A DNA stretch of 64,000 nucleotides from an uncultured cyanobacterium (lineage in GTDB: Bacteria > Cyanobacteriota > Cyanobacteriia > Cyanobacteriales > CAWUOF01): NCBI GenBank assembly GCA_963744145.1, contig CAVUSO010000001.1, positions 3,744,001 to 3,808,000 of the forward strand. The letters are read 5' to 3'. A program made the position numbers and the translations under genes. Positions 40,066 through 49,955 of the stretch are shown here, piece by piece; position 1 is the first letter of the stretch, and each line of letters opens with the position of its first letter. Under the pieces are notes generated by a model. It was not told where the DNA came from, ran no database searches, and saw nothing but the letters and a program-made list of their open reading frames with translations.

Positions 40066-42594
40066 GTGATGTTTAAGTTAACTGACAAAATACCTTTGCT
40101 AGTTGCTACTCGGCATCGTTTACGCCGAGCTAAATGGCACCTATGGCAATCAGTAATTCTGATTAGTACGATCGCGACTACGATAGTTTTAGGATTACGC
40201 GCTACAGGTGCGATCGAATTACTGGAATTGAAGACGTTTGACCTGATGATGTGTTGGCGTAGCGATCTTCCGACCGATGATCGATTACTAATTGTGGCGA
40301 TCGATGAAGATGACCTCAAATTTCAACAGGAATGGCCCTTATCCGATCTACGGTTGGCCACTCTCCTGGAAAAATTACAACGATATCAACCAACAGTTAT
40401 CGGTGTGGATCTATATCGCAATTTGCCCAAACCTCCTGGTTATGAAAAACTAGTTGTTCAATTACAAAAACCTAATGTAATTACGATTCGTAATGTTTAC
40501 GATACTAAAGGAGTTCCTCAACCTCCTAGTGCCCCTCCTCATCAGGTGGGATTTAATGATTTACTGCTTGATGCTGATGGGCCAGTACGGCGGAATTTAT
40601 TGTTTGCTTCCTCCAAGTTGTATTCTTTTTCGCTCCGATTATCCCTCACCTATTTGCAAACTTTAGGCATTGAACCTCAGCCTAGTCCAATTGATCCTCA
40701 GTATATGCAAATTGGCCAAGCTGTTTTTATCCCATTAACAAGTCATTCTGGAGGCTATATTAATGTCGATCAGCGTGGCTACCAAATTTTACTCAATTAC
40801 CGCAACCGGAACCAGGTGGCTCGACAAGTTTCTCTGACTGATGTGTTTCGCGATCGCATTGATCCCAATTTCATCAAAAACAAAATTGTTTTAATTGGGA
40901 CTAGCGCCCCAAGTCTGAAAGACCTATTTTTTACCCCCTATTCTGGGAGTGAAAAAGATAATGATAAAATGCCTGGGATCTTGCTCCATGCCCAGATGAC
41001 CAGTCAAATTGTGAGTGCGGCTTTGGGTGAAACTCGCTTATTTTGGTTCTGGCCCGAATGGGGACAATTATTATGGATTGGGTTCTGGACTTTTGCTGGT
41101 GGTTTCCTAGTTTGGAAAACTAAACTTCCCCTCAATTTAGCTTTAGGTGGAGGAGTGCTTTTCCTGACCTTAGCAGGAATTACCGTGACCTGTTTTCTGG
41201 AAAACGGATGGCTCCCTGTGATTGCACCCACAATTGGCTTGGCGATCGCAATTACTAGCGTTTTAGTCTATAAATTGCGCTACGATACCTATCATGATCC
41301 CCTGACTGGTTTGCCTAATCGAGCTTTATTTATTGACTACTTGGAAAAAATTATTCAAGTAGCTAAAGGTCAAGAAGATTATTTATGTGCAGTGCTATTA
41401 ATCGATTTAGATAATTTCAAAGTCATTAATAATAGTTGTGGTCATGAGATTAGTGATCAATTATTGCTCCTCCTATCTCAACGATTAAATAAATGTCTAA
41501 AAATTCCCCATATCTTAGCCCGATTTGGTGGAGATGAGTTTGTAGTTCTGGTGGAAAATGTCCCTGATATTGAGGAAGTGAAAAAAGTAGCTGAACTGAT
41601 TCAGCAAGAATTATGTCTGCCGTTTAAAATTAGTGGACAAGAGTTATTTACTAGCGCCACGATTGGGATTGCGATCGGTGAGAGTGAAAAAATTTCTGCC
41701 AATGAGCAGCTAGATTTGTTGCAAAATGCTCATACTGCTCTAGATCGGGCGAAAATACTGAGTAAATCAAGTTATCAGATTTTTGAACAATCAATGCAGC
41801 TCAATATTGTCGCACGATTGCAGTTGGAAAGTGATTTGCGTAGAGGGTTAGAAGCAGAGGAGTTTCTGGTATATTATCAGCCGTTAGTTTGTTTAAAAAC
41901 CGGGAAAATTAAGGGTTTTGAAGCTCTAGTTCGTTGGCAACATCCCCACCGAGGTCTGGTGTTTCCGGGGGAGTTTATTCCCGTTACTGAAGAAACTGGA
42001 TTGATTATTCCTTTGGGTGCATGGGTGTTAGCCGCAGCTTGTCGGCAAATGAAGATCTGGCACGATTTATTCCCTTCACCTAAACCCTTAATCATTAGTG
42101 TAAATTTGTCGGGAAAACAGTTTACTCAAGAGAATTTAATTTCAGAAATTAAACAAATTTTAATCAAAACAGGTTTTAATCCACGCTGTTTGAAATTAGA
42201 AATTACGGAAAGTGTGGTCATGGATGATGTGGAAAAAGCGATCGCAATGTTAGCAGAATTGCGTGCATTGGATGTACAGTTAGGCATGGATGATTTTGGG
42301 ACAGGTTATTCTTCTTTAAGTTATTTGCATCGCTTTCCCACTGATATGTTAAAGATTGACCGCTCATTTGTGAATCGGATGGGTGATGAAGGAGAAAATC
42401 TGGCAATTGTGCGGACAATCGTTGCTTTAGCACATAATTTGGGGATGCAAGTAATTGCTGAGGGAGTGGAAACCGCGTCCCAATTGGCCCAGTTGCGATC
42501 GCTTGGCTGTGAGTATGGACAAGGATATTTTTTCTCTAAACCTGTAGATAGCAAAACTGCTGAAGCCTTGCTAATTAAAGATCCCCAATGGTAA
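40066..42594 (+). CDS. CHASE2-GGDEF-EAL diguanylate cyclase/phosphodiesterase
   Basis: CHASE2 (IVAIDE, IGVDLYR, KIVLIG), RFGGDEF, FEALVRW, DDFGTGYSSL. Confidence 0.93.
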   Translation: MMFKLTDKIPLLVATRHRLRRAKWHLWQSVILISTIATTIVLGLRATGAIELLELKTFDLMMCWRSDLPTDDRLLIVAIDEDDLKFQQEWPLSDLRLATLLEKLQRYQPTVIGVDLYRNLPKPPGYEKLVVQLQKPNVITIRNVYDTKGVPQPPSAPPHQVGFNDLLLDADGPVRRNLLFASSKLYSFSLRLSLTYLQTLGIEPQPSPIDPQYMQIGQAVFIPLTSHSGGYINVDQRGYQILLNYRNRNQVARQVSLTDVFRDRIDPNFIKNKIVLIGTSAPSLKDLFFTPYSGSEKDNDKMPGILLHAQMTSQIVSAALGETRLFWFWPEWGQLLWIGFWTFAGGFLVWKTKLPLNLALGGGVLFLTLAGITVTCFLENGWLPVIAPTIGLAIAITSVLVYKLRYDTYHDPLTGLPNRALFIDYLEKIIQVAKGQEDYLCAVLLIDLDNFKVINNSCGHEISDQLLLLLSQRLNKCLKIPHILARFGGDEFVVLVENVPDIEEVKKVAELIQQELCLPFKISGQELFTSATIGIAIGESEKISANEQLDLLQNAHTALDRAKILSKSSYQIFEQSMQLNIVARLQLESDLRRGLEAEEFLVYYQPLVCLKTGKIKGFEALVRWQHPHRGLVFPGEFIPVTEETGLIIPLGAWVLAAACRQMKIWHDLFPSPKPLIISVNLSGKQFTQENLISEIKQILIKTGFNPRCLKLEITESVVMDDVEKAIAMLAELRALDVQLGMDDFGTGYSSLSYLHRFPTDMLKIDRSFVNRMGDEGENLAIVRTIVALAHNLGMQVIAEGVETASQLAQLRSLGCEYGQGYFFSKPVDSKTAEALLIKDPQW

Positions 42595-42727
42595 ATTATC
42601 CCCTATCCTGATGACAGGCAAGATGCCTGTCCCACCAGAAATGATCATTTTTTAAATTAATGGTCAACTACTGGTTTTACAATTATAAATGGTAATTAAA
42701 AATAATGTTAGATTTTTAGGTAATCCT

Positions 42728-43855
42728 GTGACTGTGACCGCCCAAGTTAGTTCCCCTCTGACAGCGCGATCGCGCCGTGCTGTGTTTCCCTTTACTGCTA
42801 TCGTTGGGCAGGAAGAAATGAAACTTGCCTTACTTTTAAATGTCATTGACCCCAAAATTGGTGGGGTGATGATTATGGGCGATCGCGGTACTGGTAAATC
42901 TACTACAATCCGAGCCCTGGCTGATTTGCTTCCAGAAATTGAAGTAGTAGCTGATGACCCTTTTCAGAGCGATCCCTATGATCCAGAATTAATGAGTGAT
43001 AGTGTACGCGATCGGGTGCTTACACAAGAAAATCTGCCAATTGTCAAGAAAAAAGTGCAGATGGTCGATTTACCCTTGGGTGCTACAGAAGACCGCGTAT
43101 GTGGCACGATCGATATTGAAAAAGCTTTATCAGAAGGTGTCAAAGCATTTGAACCGGGTTTACTCGCTAAAGCTAATCGGGGAATTTTATATGTAGATGA
43201 AGTCAATCTCCTAGACGATCATCTAGTTGATGTGTTATTAGATTCAGCCGCAAGTGGTTGGAATACAGTAGAAAGAGAAGGTATTTCCATCCGACATCCA
43301 GCTAGATTTGTGTTAGTCGGTTCCGGAAACCCTGAAGAAGGAGAATTACGTCCTCAATTACTCGATCGATTTGGGATGCACGCAGAAATTCGTACCGTTA
43401 AAGATCCGATTCTGCGAGTGCAAATTGTCGAAGAAAGATCAGCTTTTGATCAAAATCCCCAGGTCTTTTTAGAAAAACTCCAAACACAACAGGAAGAATT
43501 ACAAAAACGCATTGTCGCAGCGCAAAAACTTCTCCCCTCAGTGGAAATTGATTATGATTTACGAGTAAAAATTTCCCAAGTTTGTGCTGAATTAGATGTG
43601 GATGGTTTACGAGGAGATTTAGTTACTAATCGAGCAGCTAAAGCTTTAGCCGCATTTGAAGGTAGCCAAATAGTTACTGTCGATCTCATTCGTCGTGTTG
43701 TGACTCTTTGTTTACGTCATCGTCTTCGCAAAGATCCTTTAGAATCAATTGATTCTGGCTATAAAGTTCAAAAGGTTTTTTGTCGAGTATTCGAGTTAGA
43801 AGCTCCTGAAACTGAATCAACATCAGCAAATGGAATAAGTACCAGAACCCGTTAA
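42728..43855 (+). CDS. chlI: Magnesium chelatase subunit I
   Basis: FPFTAIVGQEEMK, GDRGTGKST, LYVDEVNLLDDH; start approximate. Confidence 0.97.
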   Translation: MTVTAQVSSPLTARSRRAVFPFTAIVGQEEMKLALLLNVIDPKIGGVMIMGDRGTGKSTTIRALADLLPEIEVVADDPFQSDPYDPELMSDSVRDRVLTQENLPIVKKKVQMVDLPLGATEDRVCGTIDIEKALSEGVKAFEPGLLAKANRGILYVDEVNLLDDHLVDVLLDSAASGWNTVEREGISIRHPARFVLVGSGNPEEGELRPQLLDRFGMHAEIRTVKDPILRVQIVEERSAFDQNPQVFLEKLQTQQEELQKRIVAAQKLLPSVEIDYDLRVKISQVCAELDVDGLRGDLVTNRAAKALAAFEGSQIVTVDLIRRVVTLCLRHRLRKDPLESIDSGYKVQKVFCRVFELEAPETESTSANGISTRTR

Positions 43856-43865
43856 GTCCATATTA

Positions 43866-43911
43866 GGTAAGTAGTAGCGCTTCAGCGCCGCTTTCAGCGC
43901 AACTACATACC
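43866..43911. terminator. Hairpin after chlI
   Basis: ggtaagtagtagcgct...agcgcaactacatacc imperfect inverted repeat. Confidence 0.45.
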
Positions 43912-44135
43912 CGGACTCCGATTCAGTAATAGATTATAAGTAGAAATATTGAGGACATTAATCCGGTAATTGTATTTCCGCAAAAATGTGATAAACTATA
44001 TTCTACAGCTACTCCTTTTCTGGCGTTGAGTCCACCCGATCGAGGTCAATTGACATTGTCGTAATTCGGCGAATAACCGCTCATCAGGGTCAGGAACTCA
44101 GGGCTATAAAATTGAATCAAATCAACAAAAGCAAG

Positions 44136-44468
44136 ATGGAAAATAATTCACTACAAGAACAAATAACAGCGTTAAGAGAACGAGTTAGCCAGGATGAGAC
44201 AGAATTTGGGAAAAGAACGAATATCTTGCTTGATGAAATCCTCGCACTTCAGGAAGAATTTTCGGCTATTACTAATAAGTTAGATTCTCTCTTCGAGAGC
44301 CAACGGCAATTGACGGCTACTGTTACCAACTTATCCGGATTTATGCTGGAATTAGCACAACGCGATCGGGAATTAGCAGAACGTAGTGCCGAAGATCGAG
44401 CCGAGATTAGACGCATCTGGGAATATTTACAACTACAACAAAGAAACCAAGGCAACGGACAAGGTTAA
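44136..44468 (+). CDS. Small coiled-coil hypothetical protein
   Basis: Heptad pattern ending AEDRAEIRRIWEYLQ. Confidence 0.65.
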   Translation: MENNSLQEQITALRERVSQDETEFGKRTNILLDEILALQEEFSAITNKLDSLFESQRQLTATVTNLSGFMLELAQRDRELAERSAEDRAEIRRIWEYLQLQQRNQGNGQG

Positions 44469-44512
44469 CAAAACTAATCAACCGGATTAAATCGCGCTTA
44501 TCGTTTGCGAAT

Positions 44513-44674
44513 GCAATTAGAATAAGAATTATCTGAGCTAGTCAGTAAATGGGATGGTGAGAAAGATGACCGCAGTAGCAACAAAACCAACAAGAAAGAA
44601 ATTTACTGTAGAGGAATATTACAAGCTAAGTGAGTTGGGGATGGTAAGACAGAATTAATTGATGGGGATATTAT
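44513..44674 (+). repeat. Degenerate duplicate of the upstream region and 5' end of the Uma2 gene (matches 45703-45877)
   Basis: gcaattagaat.agaattatctgagctagtcagtaaatgggat.gtgagaaagatgacc... repeated 1190 bp downstream. Confidence 0.9.
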
Positions 44675-44729
44675 TTATAGAGCCCATTTGACATCTTATG
44701 AGGTTTTGAATTAAGGTGCAATCATATAT

Positions 44730-44766
44730 AAAAAAGTCCCGATCTAGTATTAGATCGGGACTTTTT
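44730..44766. terminator. Strong bidirectional intrinsic terminator
   Basis: aaaaaagtcccgatcta-gtat-tagatcgggacttttt. Confidence 0.85.
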
Positions 44767-44779
44767 CGTTTGTAATAAA

Positions 44780-45211
44780 CTAAACGTTTGTTGGTTGTTT
44801 AGCTTCTTTTTGCCAGCGGCTATAAGCCTCTTTATCTCCACCAAAAGAATCTAGTGAAATTTGACGTGGGGGCAATGGGTGAAGAGGTGAGTCGATAGGT
44901 GAATATTGACAATAGCAAATTACGATCATGTCGTAGCCCATTCCGACTGGGATATCTGGGGTATAAGTTTCGACACGGGTGACTTCCCAATCGCTCTTTC
45001 GATAGTGAGTCTTGGCACCTGGTGCTGTCGGATCAACCGCGTCAGGGACTTGGATAAATGCTGGGGGACGATATCCAGGTTCGGGTAACTCGCTATCTGA
45101 GCAATCGTAATGTTCAGCCAATGTACTCGTCAATGAACCAGTGTGAGCATATTTTCTATCTAATCCACCTGGCTGCCGTTTATCGGCACGAAAAACAATC
45201 CACTTACGCAT
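44780..45211 (-). CDS. Hypothetical protein
   Basis: MRKWIVFRA...DWEVTRVETY...IVICYCQYSPI; ATG 45211 just after the upstream stop. Confidence 0.65.
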   Translation of the reverse strand: MRKWIVFRADKRQPGGLDRKYAHTGSLTSTLAEHYDCSDSELPEPGYRPPAFIQVPDAVDPTAPGAKTHYRKSDWEVTRVETYTPDIPVGMGYDMIVICYCQYSPIDSPLHPLPPRQISLDSFGGDKEAYSRWQKEAKQPTNV

Positions 45212-45215
45212 AATT

Positions 45216-45416
45216 TTACTCCTCATTATCATAATAGGACTTGGGAAATTCAGTTTTACCCTCAAAAACACAATCTACAGATAGGATCGGGGTTTCTGTT
45301 TCTTCTATCTCAACCAATCTCCAACCGTATTTATCAGACATTTCTTCGCAGCATTCTTTATCTGCTGCTGCATGACGAGATTTATTTGTTTCCTCGTCGT
45401 ATCTGGGGTTTGGCAT
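45216..45416 (-). CDS. Small acidic hypothetical protein
   Basis: 66-aa ATG ORF, 4 bp from the next gene. Confidence 0.6.
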   Translation of the reverse strand: MPNPRYDEETNKSRHAAADKECCEEMSDKYGWRLVEIEETETPILSVDCVFEGKTEFPKSYYDNEE

Positions 45417-45434
45417 TTTTTCTAGTAGTTTTGG

Positions 45435-45629
45435 CTAACGAATCAAACAGATCAACACTTTCCTTTTTTGCTGGTCCACAGCTTGACGAGTAATACCGAT
45501 CATCTTGGCAATAGCTGTAGATGTCGGGGCTTCATTAAAGCCCTTTAAAAAGTCCCCCATTCTACTGCGTTGCATTAAGGAATCTAAACAGTAGTATATC
45601 CCCAGAATGATTTTTTGCTGTTGTGACAA
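45435..45629 (-). pseudogene. Possible HTH fragment
   Basis: TAIAKMIGITRQAVDQ helix-turn-helix-like stretch; no convincing start. Confidence 0.35.
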
Positions 45630-45755
45630 ATCGTCCCATATTCTATATAGGTATCACCAGAGCAAGCCAGTAAAGCGATTACCTACGGTATACTGCGTGA
45701 ACGCAATTAGAATGAGAATTATCTGAGCTAGTCAGTAAATGGGATAGTGAGAAAG

Positions 45756-46310
45756 ATGACCACAGTAGCAACGAAACCAACAAGAAAGAAGTTTACTGTA
45801 GAGGAATATTACAAGCTGGGTGAAGTCGGGATAATTGGACCGGATGAGCGAACCGAGCTAATTGATGGGGATATTATGCTTATGGCACCAATGGGTCGTC
45901 GTCATAGAGGGTACATAATTCGGCTGCATAGAATATTTTCTAAACTTTTAAACGACCGTGCTTTAGTCATAGACCAAATCCCGGTCAGATTAAAGGTCGG
46001 ATTACAACCGGAACCCGATCTATCAATTTTGAAACCTTGTGGTGATGATTACATAAAATCAGATATTCAAATCCAAGACATTTATTTACTAATTGAAATA
46101 TCGGATACCACTATTGACTATGACCGCAATGTGAAGTCAGTCCTCTATGCGAGAGCTGGGATTATTGAACTTTGGATCGTAGATATCGAAGGGGCGTATT
46201 GCAATACGCCCGTACTAGAGGTTTATCGCAATCCTGGTCCGAACGGTTATGAAAGTATCCAGCAATTTAGACGCGGTGAAAGTATCTCACCTCTTTCATT
46301 TCCAGACTAG
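45756..46310 (+). CDS. Uma2 family endonuclease (in-frame palindrome insert; C-terminus probably frameshifted)
   Basis: FTVEEYYKL, RTELIDG, PEPDL, LLIEISDTT, YARAGI.ELWIVD; out-of-frame VISVDAIF follows the stop. Confidence 0.85.
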   Translation: MTTVATKPTRKKFTVEEYYKLGEVGIIGPDERTELIDGDIMLMAPMGRRHRGYIIRLHRIFSKLLNDRALVIDQIPVRLKVGLQPEPDLSILKPCGDDYIKSDIQIQDIYLLIEISDTTIDYDRNVKSVLYARAGIIELWIVDIEGAYCNTPVLEVYRNPGPNGYESIQQFRRGESISPLSFPD

Positions 46311-46390
46311 CGTGATTAGTGTCGATGCGATTTTTGAGGACTACTACATATCTAAGAAATAATATATTTTTCCTCTCTAACTGAACTGTA

Positions 46391-47398
46391 TTAGACTATA
46401 GCTTTGGCATCGAGTAGTTGCCATACTTGTTGTAACAAATCATCTAAACCAATTCGAGTAACTGCGGAAATTTGGAATATTGGTAAATGACTAATATTGC
46501 TTAAATGACCTAAAAAGGTTTTAAACTCTTCTAAATCACGATCGATCGCGTCAATCTTATTAATAGCAATAATTTGAGGACGTTCTGCTAAACCACGTCC
46601 GTAAGCAATTAACTCTTGTTGGATAATCTGATAGTTAGCTAAAGGATCAGGATCAGTAGCGTCTATTAGATGTAATAACAAACGAGTCCGTTCAATATGA
46701 CGTAAAAAATCATGTCCTAATCCAGTTCCCAAATGGGCCCCGGCAATTAATCCGGGAATATCTGCAAAAACTGTACCATCTCCAGTGGGTTTACGGACTA
46801 CTCCTAAATTAGGAATTAAAGTGGTAAAAGGATAGTCGGCAATTTTCGGTCGCGCTGCGGATAATGCTGAAATTAGGGTAGACTTACCCGCATTAGGTAA
46901 ACCAATAATTCCCACTTCTGCTAACAGTTTTAGTTCTAGACGGAGTAAACGTTTTTCTCCTGCTAATCCTGGTAAAGCATATTCAGGAGCGCGGTTAGAA
47001 TTACTCAGAAAATGTTTATTACCAAGTCCCCCTTTACCACCTTGAGCCACACAAAGAATCTGATTAGGCTCCACTAAATCTCCCAGCACTTCTTCGGTTT
47101 CGGCATCGTAAACCACTGTACCACAAGGAACCTGAATCAGGCGATCGCTACCATTAGCACCGGTACGATTATTAGGACCACCGCGATCGCCATTTTCAGC
47201 TTGAAACCTGTGAGCATATTGAAAATCTAACAAAGTTTGAAGATTTTCTACTGTCTGTAAAATTACCGATCCCCCTTTACCACCATTACCACCAGATGGA
47301 CCTCCCGCAGGGACATATTTTTCTCTCCGAAAGGCAATAATTCCATCACCACCTTTACCAGCTTCAACTTCTATTTCGACTTGATCAATAAATTGCAT
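46391..47398 (-). CDS. obgE: GTPase Obg/CgtA
   Basis: [40 protein letters not shown]. Confidence 0.97.
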   Translation of the reverse strand: MQFIDQVEIEVEAGKGGDGIIAFRREKYVPAGGPSGGNGGKGGSVILQTVENLQTLLDFQYAHRFQAENGDRGGPNNRTGANGSDRLIQVPCGTVVYDAETEEVLGDLVEPNQILCVAQGGKGGLGNKHFLSNSNRAPEYALPGLAGEKRLLRLELKLLAEVGIIGLPNAGKSTLISALSAARPKIADYPFTTLIPNLGVVRKPTGDGTVFADIPGLIAGAHLGTGLGHDFLRHIERTRLLLHLIDATDPDPLANYQIIQQELIAYGRGLAERPQIIAINKIDAIDRDLEEFKTFLGHLSNISHLPIFQISAVTRIGLDDLLQQVWQLLDAKAIV

Positions 47399-47404
47399 AG
47401 ATCC

Positions 47405-47445
47405 TTAGAGGGTTAGGGATGAGGGATCAGTAGTTAGGGGTCATT
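47405..47445. repeat. Short degenerate heptamer tandem repeat (STRR-like)
   Basis: ttagagg gttaggg atgaggg atcagta gttaggg. Confidence 0.4.
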
Positions 47446-47462
47446 AATGAACCAGCTAATTA

Positions 47463-48206
47463 CTAACAATAGGCTGATATATCTTCATGACAATCATCCG
47501 CTAAATAGGATAAAGCCCGAAAGCGAAGATAAACCAATTGTTCGTAGAGTGGGTTGAGTTTACAAAGAGGAGGAATCCGGACAATTTTGTGACCAAAGAG
47601 CTTAATATCACGCTCAAATGGGCACTGGGGTGGAATCATTTTACAGAGAAATCTTGCTAGTCTGGGATCATGAATATCTAAGTGGTCAAGCCAATCCCGG
47701 ACTGGATGTAAAACATCAAAATGAGCAGGATGTTCTGAAGAGGAATGAAAAAGATTCATAGAGTTTGTGGTAATTGAATTTACTCCCGAATCTGATTGAG
47801 ATGATTGGGGATCAATTTCGGGAGTTTTTTCTTGGTAAAGAGTTTGTCGTAAGATCTCCAATGCTTCTACTTTCTGTCCCAAAGCTGCATAGAATTGATG
47901 CAGGATGTCATCTTCCGGAGCAGAGTAGACCCCATCAGCTAAAGCTACCATTACAGCGGTGCGTAAGAAGTTTTCTGCGATCGCCGCATCTTTTCCTAAA
48001 ACCGCTGCTAATTCTGACGGTGAAATTGGTTGTACTGCTAAGGAGAAATCAACTGCTTGAGCTGTTAGTTGACTTTCCGTAATACAAGCAATTAGTTGTT
48101 GTTCCTGTGGATCGAAATTACCATCTGCCCAAGCGATCGTTAACAATCCACGGAGCCAGACTGACATCTCTTCGTCCTTGTAGGGAAATTTCACCACGCT
48201 AGTCAT
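47463..48206 (-). CDS. TerB-like + 'Mo-dependent nitrogenase C-terminal' domain protein
   Basis: WLRGLLTIAWADG, IPPQCPFERDI, IPPLCKLNPLYEQLVYLRFRALSYLAD; ATG 48206. Confidence 0.85.
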   Translation of the reverse strand: MTSVVKFPYKDEEMSVWLRGLLTIAWADGNFDPQEQQLIACITESQLTAQAVDFSLAVQPISPSELAAVLGKDAAIAENFLRTAVMVALADGVYSAPEDDILHQFYAALGQKVEALEILRQTLYQEKTPEIDPQSSQSDSGVNSITTNSMNLFHSSSEHPAHFDVLHPVRDWLDHLDIHDPRLARFLCKMIPPQCPFERDIKLFGHKIVRIPPLCKLNPLYEQLVYLRFRALSYLADDCHEDISAYC

Positions 48207-48354
48207 GGAAATTAAACCTATTGAGTGGATGTACTCGCCTCTTGATCGTAACTGGAACTCTGTCAAAAAAAAACTGTGATATAGATTACAAAGAACCACC
48301 GATATAGGAAAATACATTAGCAAGCAACAAAATTTCCGATTTCTTTAGTTTCTT

Positions 48355-49428
48355 TTACAATCGCTGACATACAATCCAGCGTAATTCTATCGGTGTTTTA
48401 CCGTTTTCGAGGGGAAATAAACGTTTACCAGTTGCCCACTCACCAATCGGTGCTGATGGTGGCCATGACCCGATTGGTAAATGTTTTTCTTCGTATTCCC
48501 ACATTGATTCATCTGAAATTAGTTGGAGTGGTAATTTTGCCATTGCCATTGCTAATTCGTTTCTAGTTAAGAAAAAAGAATCAATTGTATATGCCAGTTC
48601 CCTCGCTGTTTGGTCTGGTTGATATTCTGCTTGAGTCAGAAAAGCATTAAATAACAAAATTCCCCCAGGACAAAGCAGATCAGAAATTTTCGCCATCAAT
48701 AGACGCACTTGACTAACTTCTCGAAAATGAGGCACAACCGAGGCTAAAATTGCTAGTTGATAATAGGTTGGTCTCAGCATTACTTCCGGTGCAAAAAAGT
48801 CTCCTATTTTAACAGTTATCGGTAAATTTTCTGTTTTTGCAACGGTTTGTAATTGTTCAACAAAAGCTGGAGATAAATCTAAAGCATCTACTGGATAACC
48901 GAGCCGAGCTAAGGGGATCGCATTCCGACCAGTACCAGCCCCTATTTCTAAAATTCGTGCATTCTCAGGGTGAGAAATAGTTTGAGCCACTGCCATGACC
49001 TTAGCATCAGGATTAGTGCCGAACATCGATGCTGGATAAATTTCGGCTAAATAATCACATCTTTCGGCGATCGTAATGATCTGGGTCGTAATTTGGCAAG
49101 TCATCCCTTTACCTGGGGGTTGAGCTGACTCATACCGAAATATTACTTTGGCATAAGGTGATGTGGCAAAACCTTCTGCTAATTTTTGGGCTAATACCTG
49201 ACGCAATTGTTCTAGTTCTGTAGGTAAAAAGGGTTTTCCTAATGTAACAAACAGTAACTTTAGCCGCTCAGTGTAATGGTCTAATAATGTGGGAACACAA
49301 GGAAACGCAATTTCACCACGAGTATAAACCCAGGAATTCAGACCGGTGAGAACGGCTTGCTTTAATTGGTCAGGATCAGTTATGGTGGTTAGGCAGTCAC
49401 GCTGGAACTGGATATTTGGGGAGGACAT
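48355..49428 (-). CDS. Class I SAM-dependent methyltransferase with N-terminal extension
   Basis: ILEIGAGTGRNAIPLAR, VDALDLS. Confidence 0.85.
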   Translation of the reverse strand: MSSPNIQFQRDCLTTITDPDQLKQAVLTGLNSWVYTRGEIAFPCVPTLLDHYTERLKLLFVTLGKPFLPTELEQLRQVLAQKLAEGFATSPYAKVIFRYESAQPPGKGMTCQITTQIITIAERCDYLAEIYPASMFGTNPDAKVMAVAQTISHPENARILEIGAGTGRNAIPLARLGYPVDALDLSPAFVEQLQTVAKTENLPITVKIGDFFAPEVMLRPTYYQLAILASVVPHFREVSQVRLLMAKISDLLCPGGILLFNAFLTQAEYQPDQTARELAYTIDSFFLTRNELAMAMAKLPLQLISDESMWEYEEKHLPIGSWPPSAPIGEWATGKRLFPLENGKTPIELRWIVCQRL

Positions 49429-49468
49429 AAAATTTTGGTTTGCCCATCAACAATCTACACAGCAAGAA

Positions 49469-49506
49469 GCGGATGCCCGCGTTTCTGGACTGAAATGGGT
49501 ATCCGC
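49469..49506 (-). terminator. Hairpin downstream of ycf65
   Basis: gcggatgccc...gggtatccgc. Confidence 0.5.
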
Positions 49507-49533
49507 GTAGGCAAATTTCTCTGAATATATCCT

Positions 49534-49833
49534 TCAGCTACTACCAGTAAAAGTGACTTCCGGAAATTTTGATTGAGCCTCTGCTAAAGGACGACGACGA
49601 CCTTCTTCTTGCCAATAGTTAATGACTTCTGTAGCCTTGTTGAGCAATGCTACCCGATCTGCGTCGGCAATCCAATGTTTAGCTTCTAGCTCATTTTTTA
49701 GCTGTTCCCAGGCATCATTCCTAGGCCAGAAAAAGTAAGATGTCAAAGGGCTAGTTCCTTTGCCTACTACTTGATCAACCGCAAGCGCTACGTTCTCTTC
49801 TAGCCAGAGAACCTTTAAAATAAACTTTGACAA
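49534..49833 (-). CDS. ycf65: 30S ribosomal protein PSRP-3 (Ycf65)
   Basis: [38 protein letters not shown]. Confidence 0.93.
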   Translation of the reverse strand: MSKFILKVLWLEENVALAVDQVVGKGTSPLTSYFFWPRNDAWEQLKNELEAKHWIADADRVALLNKATEVINYWQEEGRRRPLAEAQSKFPEVTFTGSS

Positions 49834-49955
49834 TCAAACCTCCAGGAAAAACCCAGGCTGTCTTATAAAAACTCTACAACCTTTCTATATTACAGCACTT
49901 TTGGCAAAAATAGTTAAAATATTTACAAAAATATTTTTGCCAAAGGTGGGACAGA

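Noticed and set aside
47463..48206. Nitrogen fixation gene
   Set aside because: The domain name is historical; no nif motifs or nif neighbours
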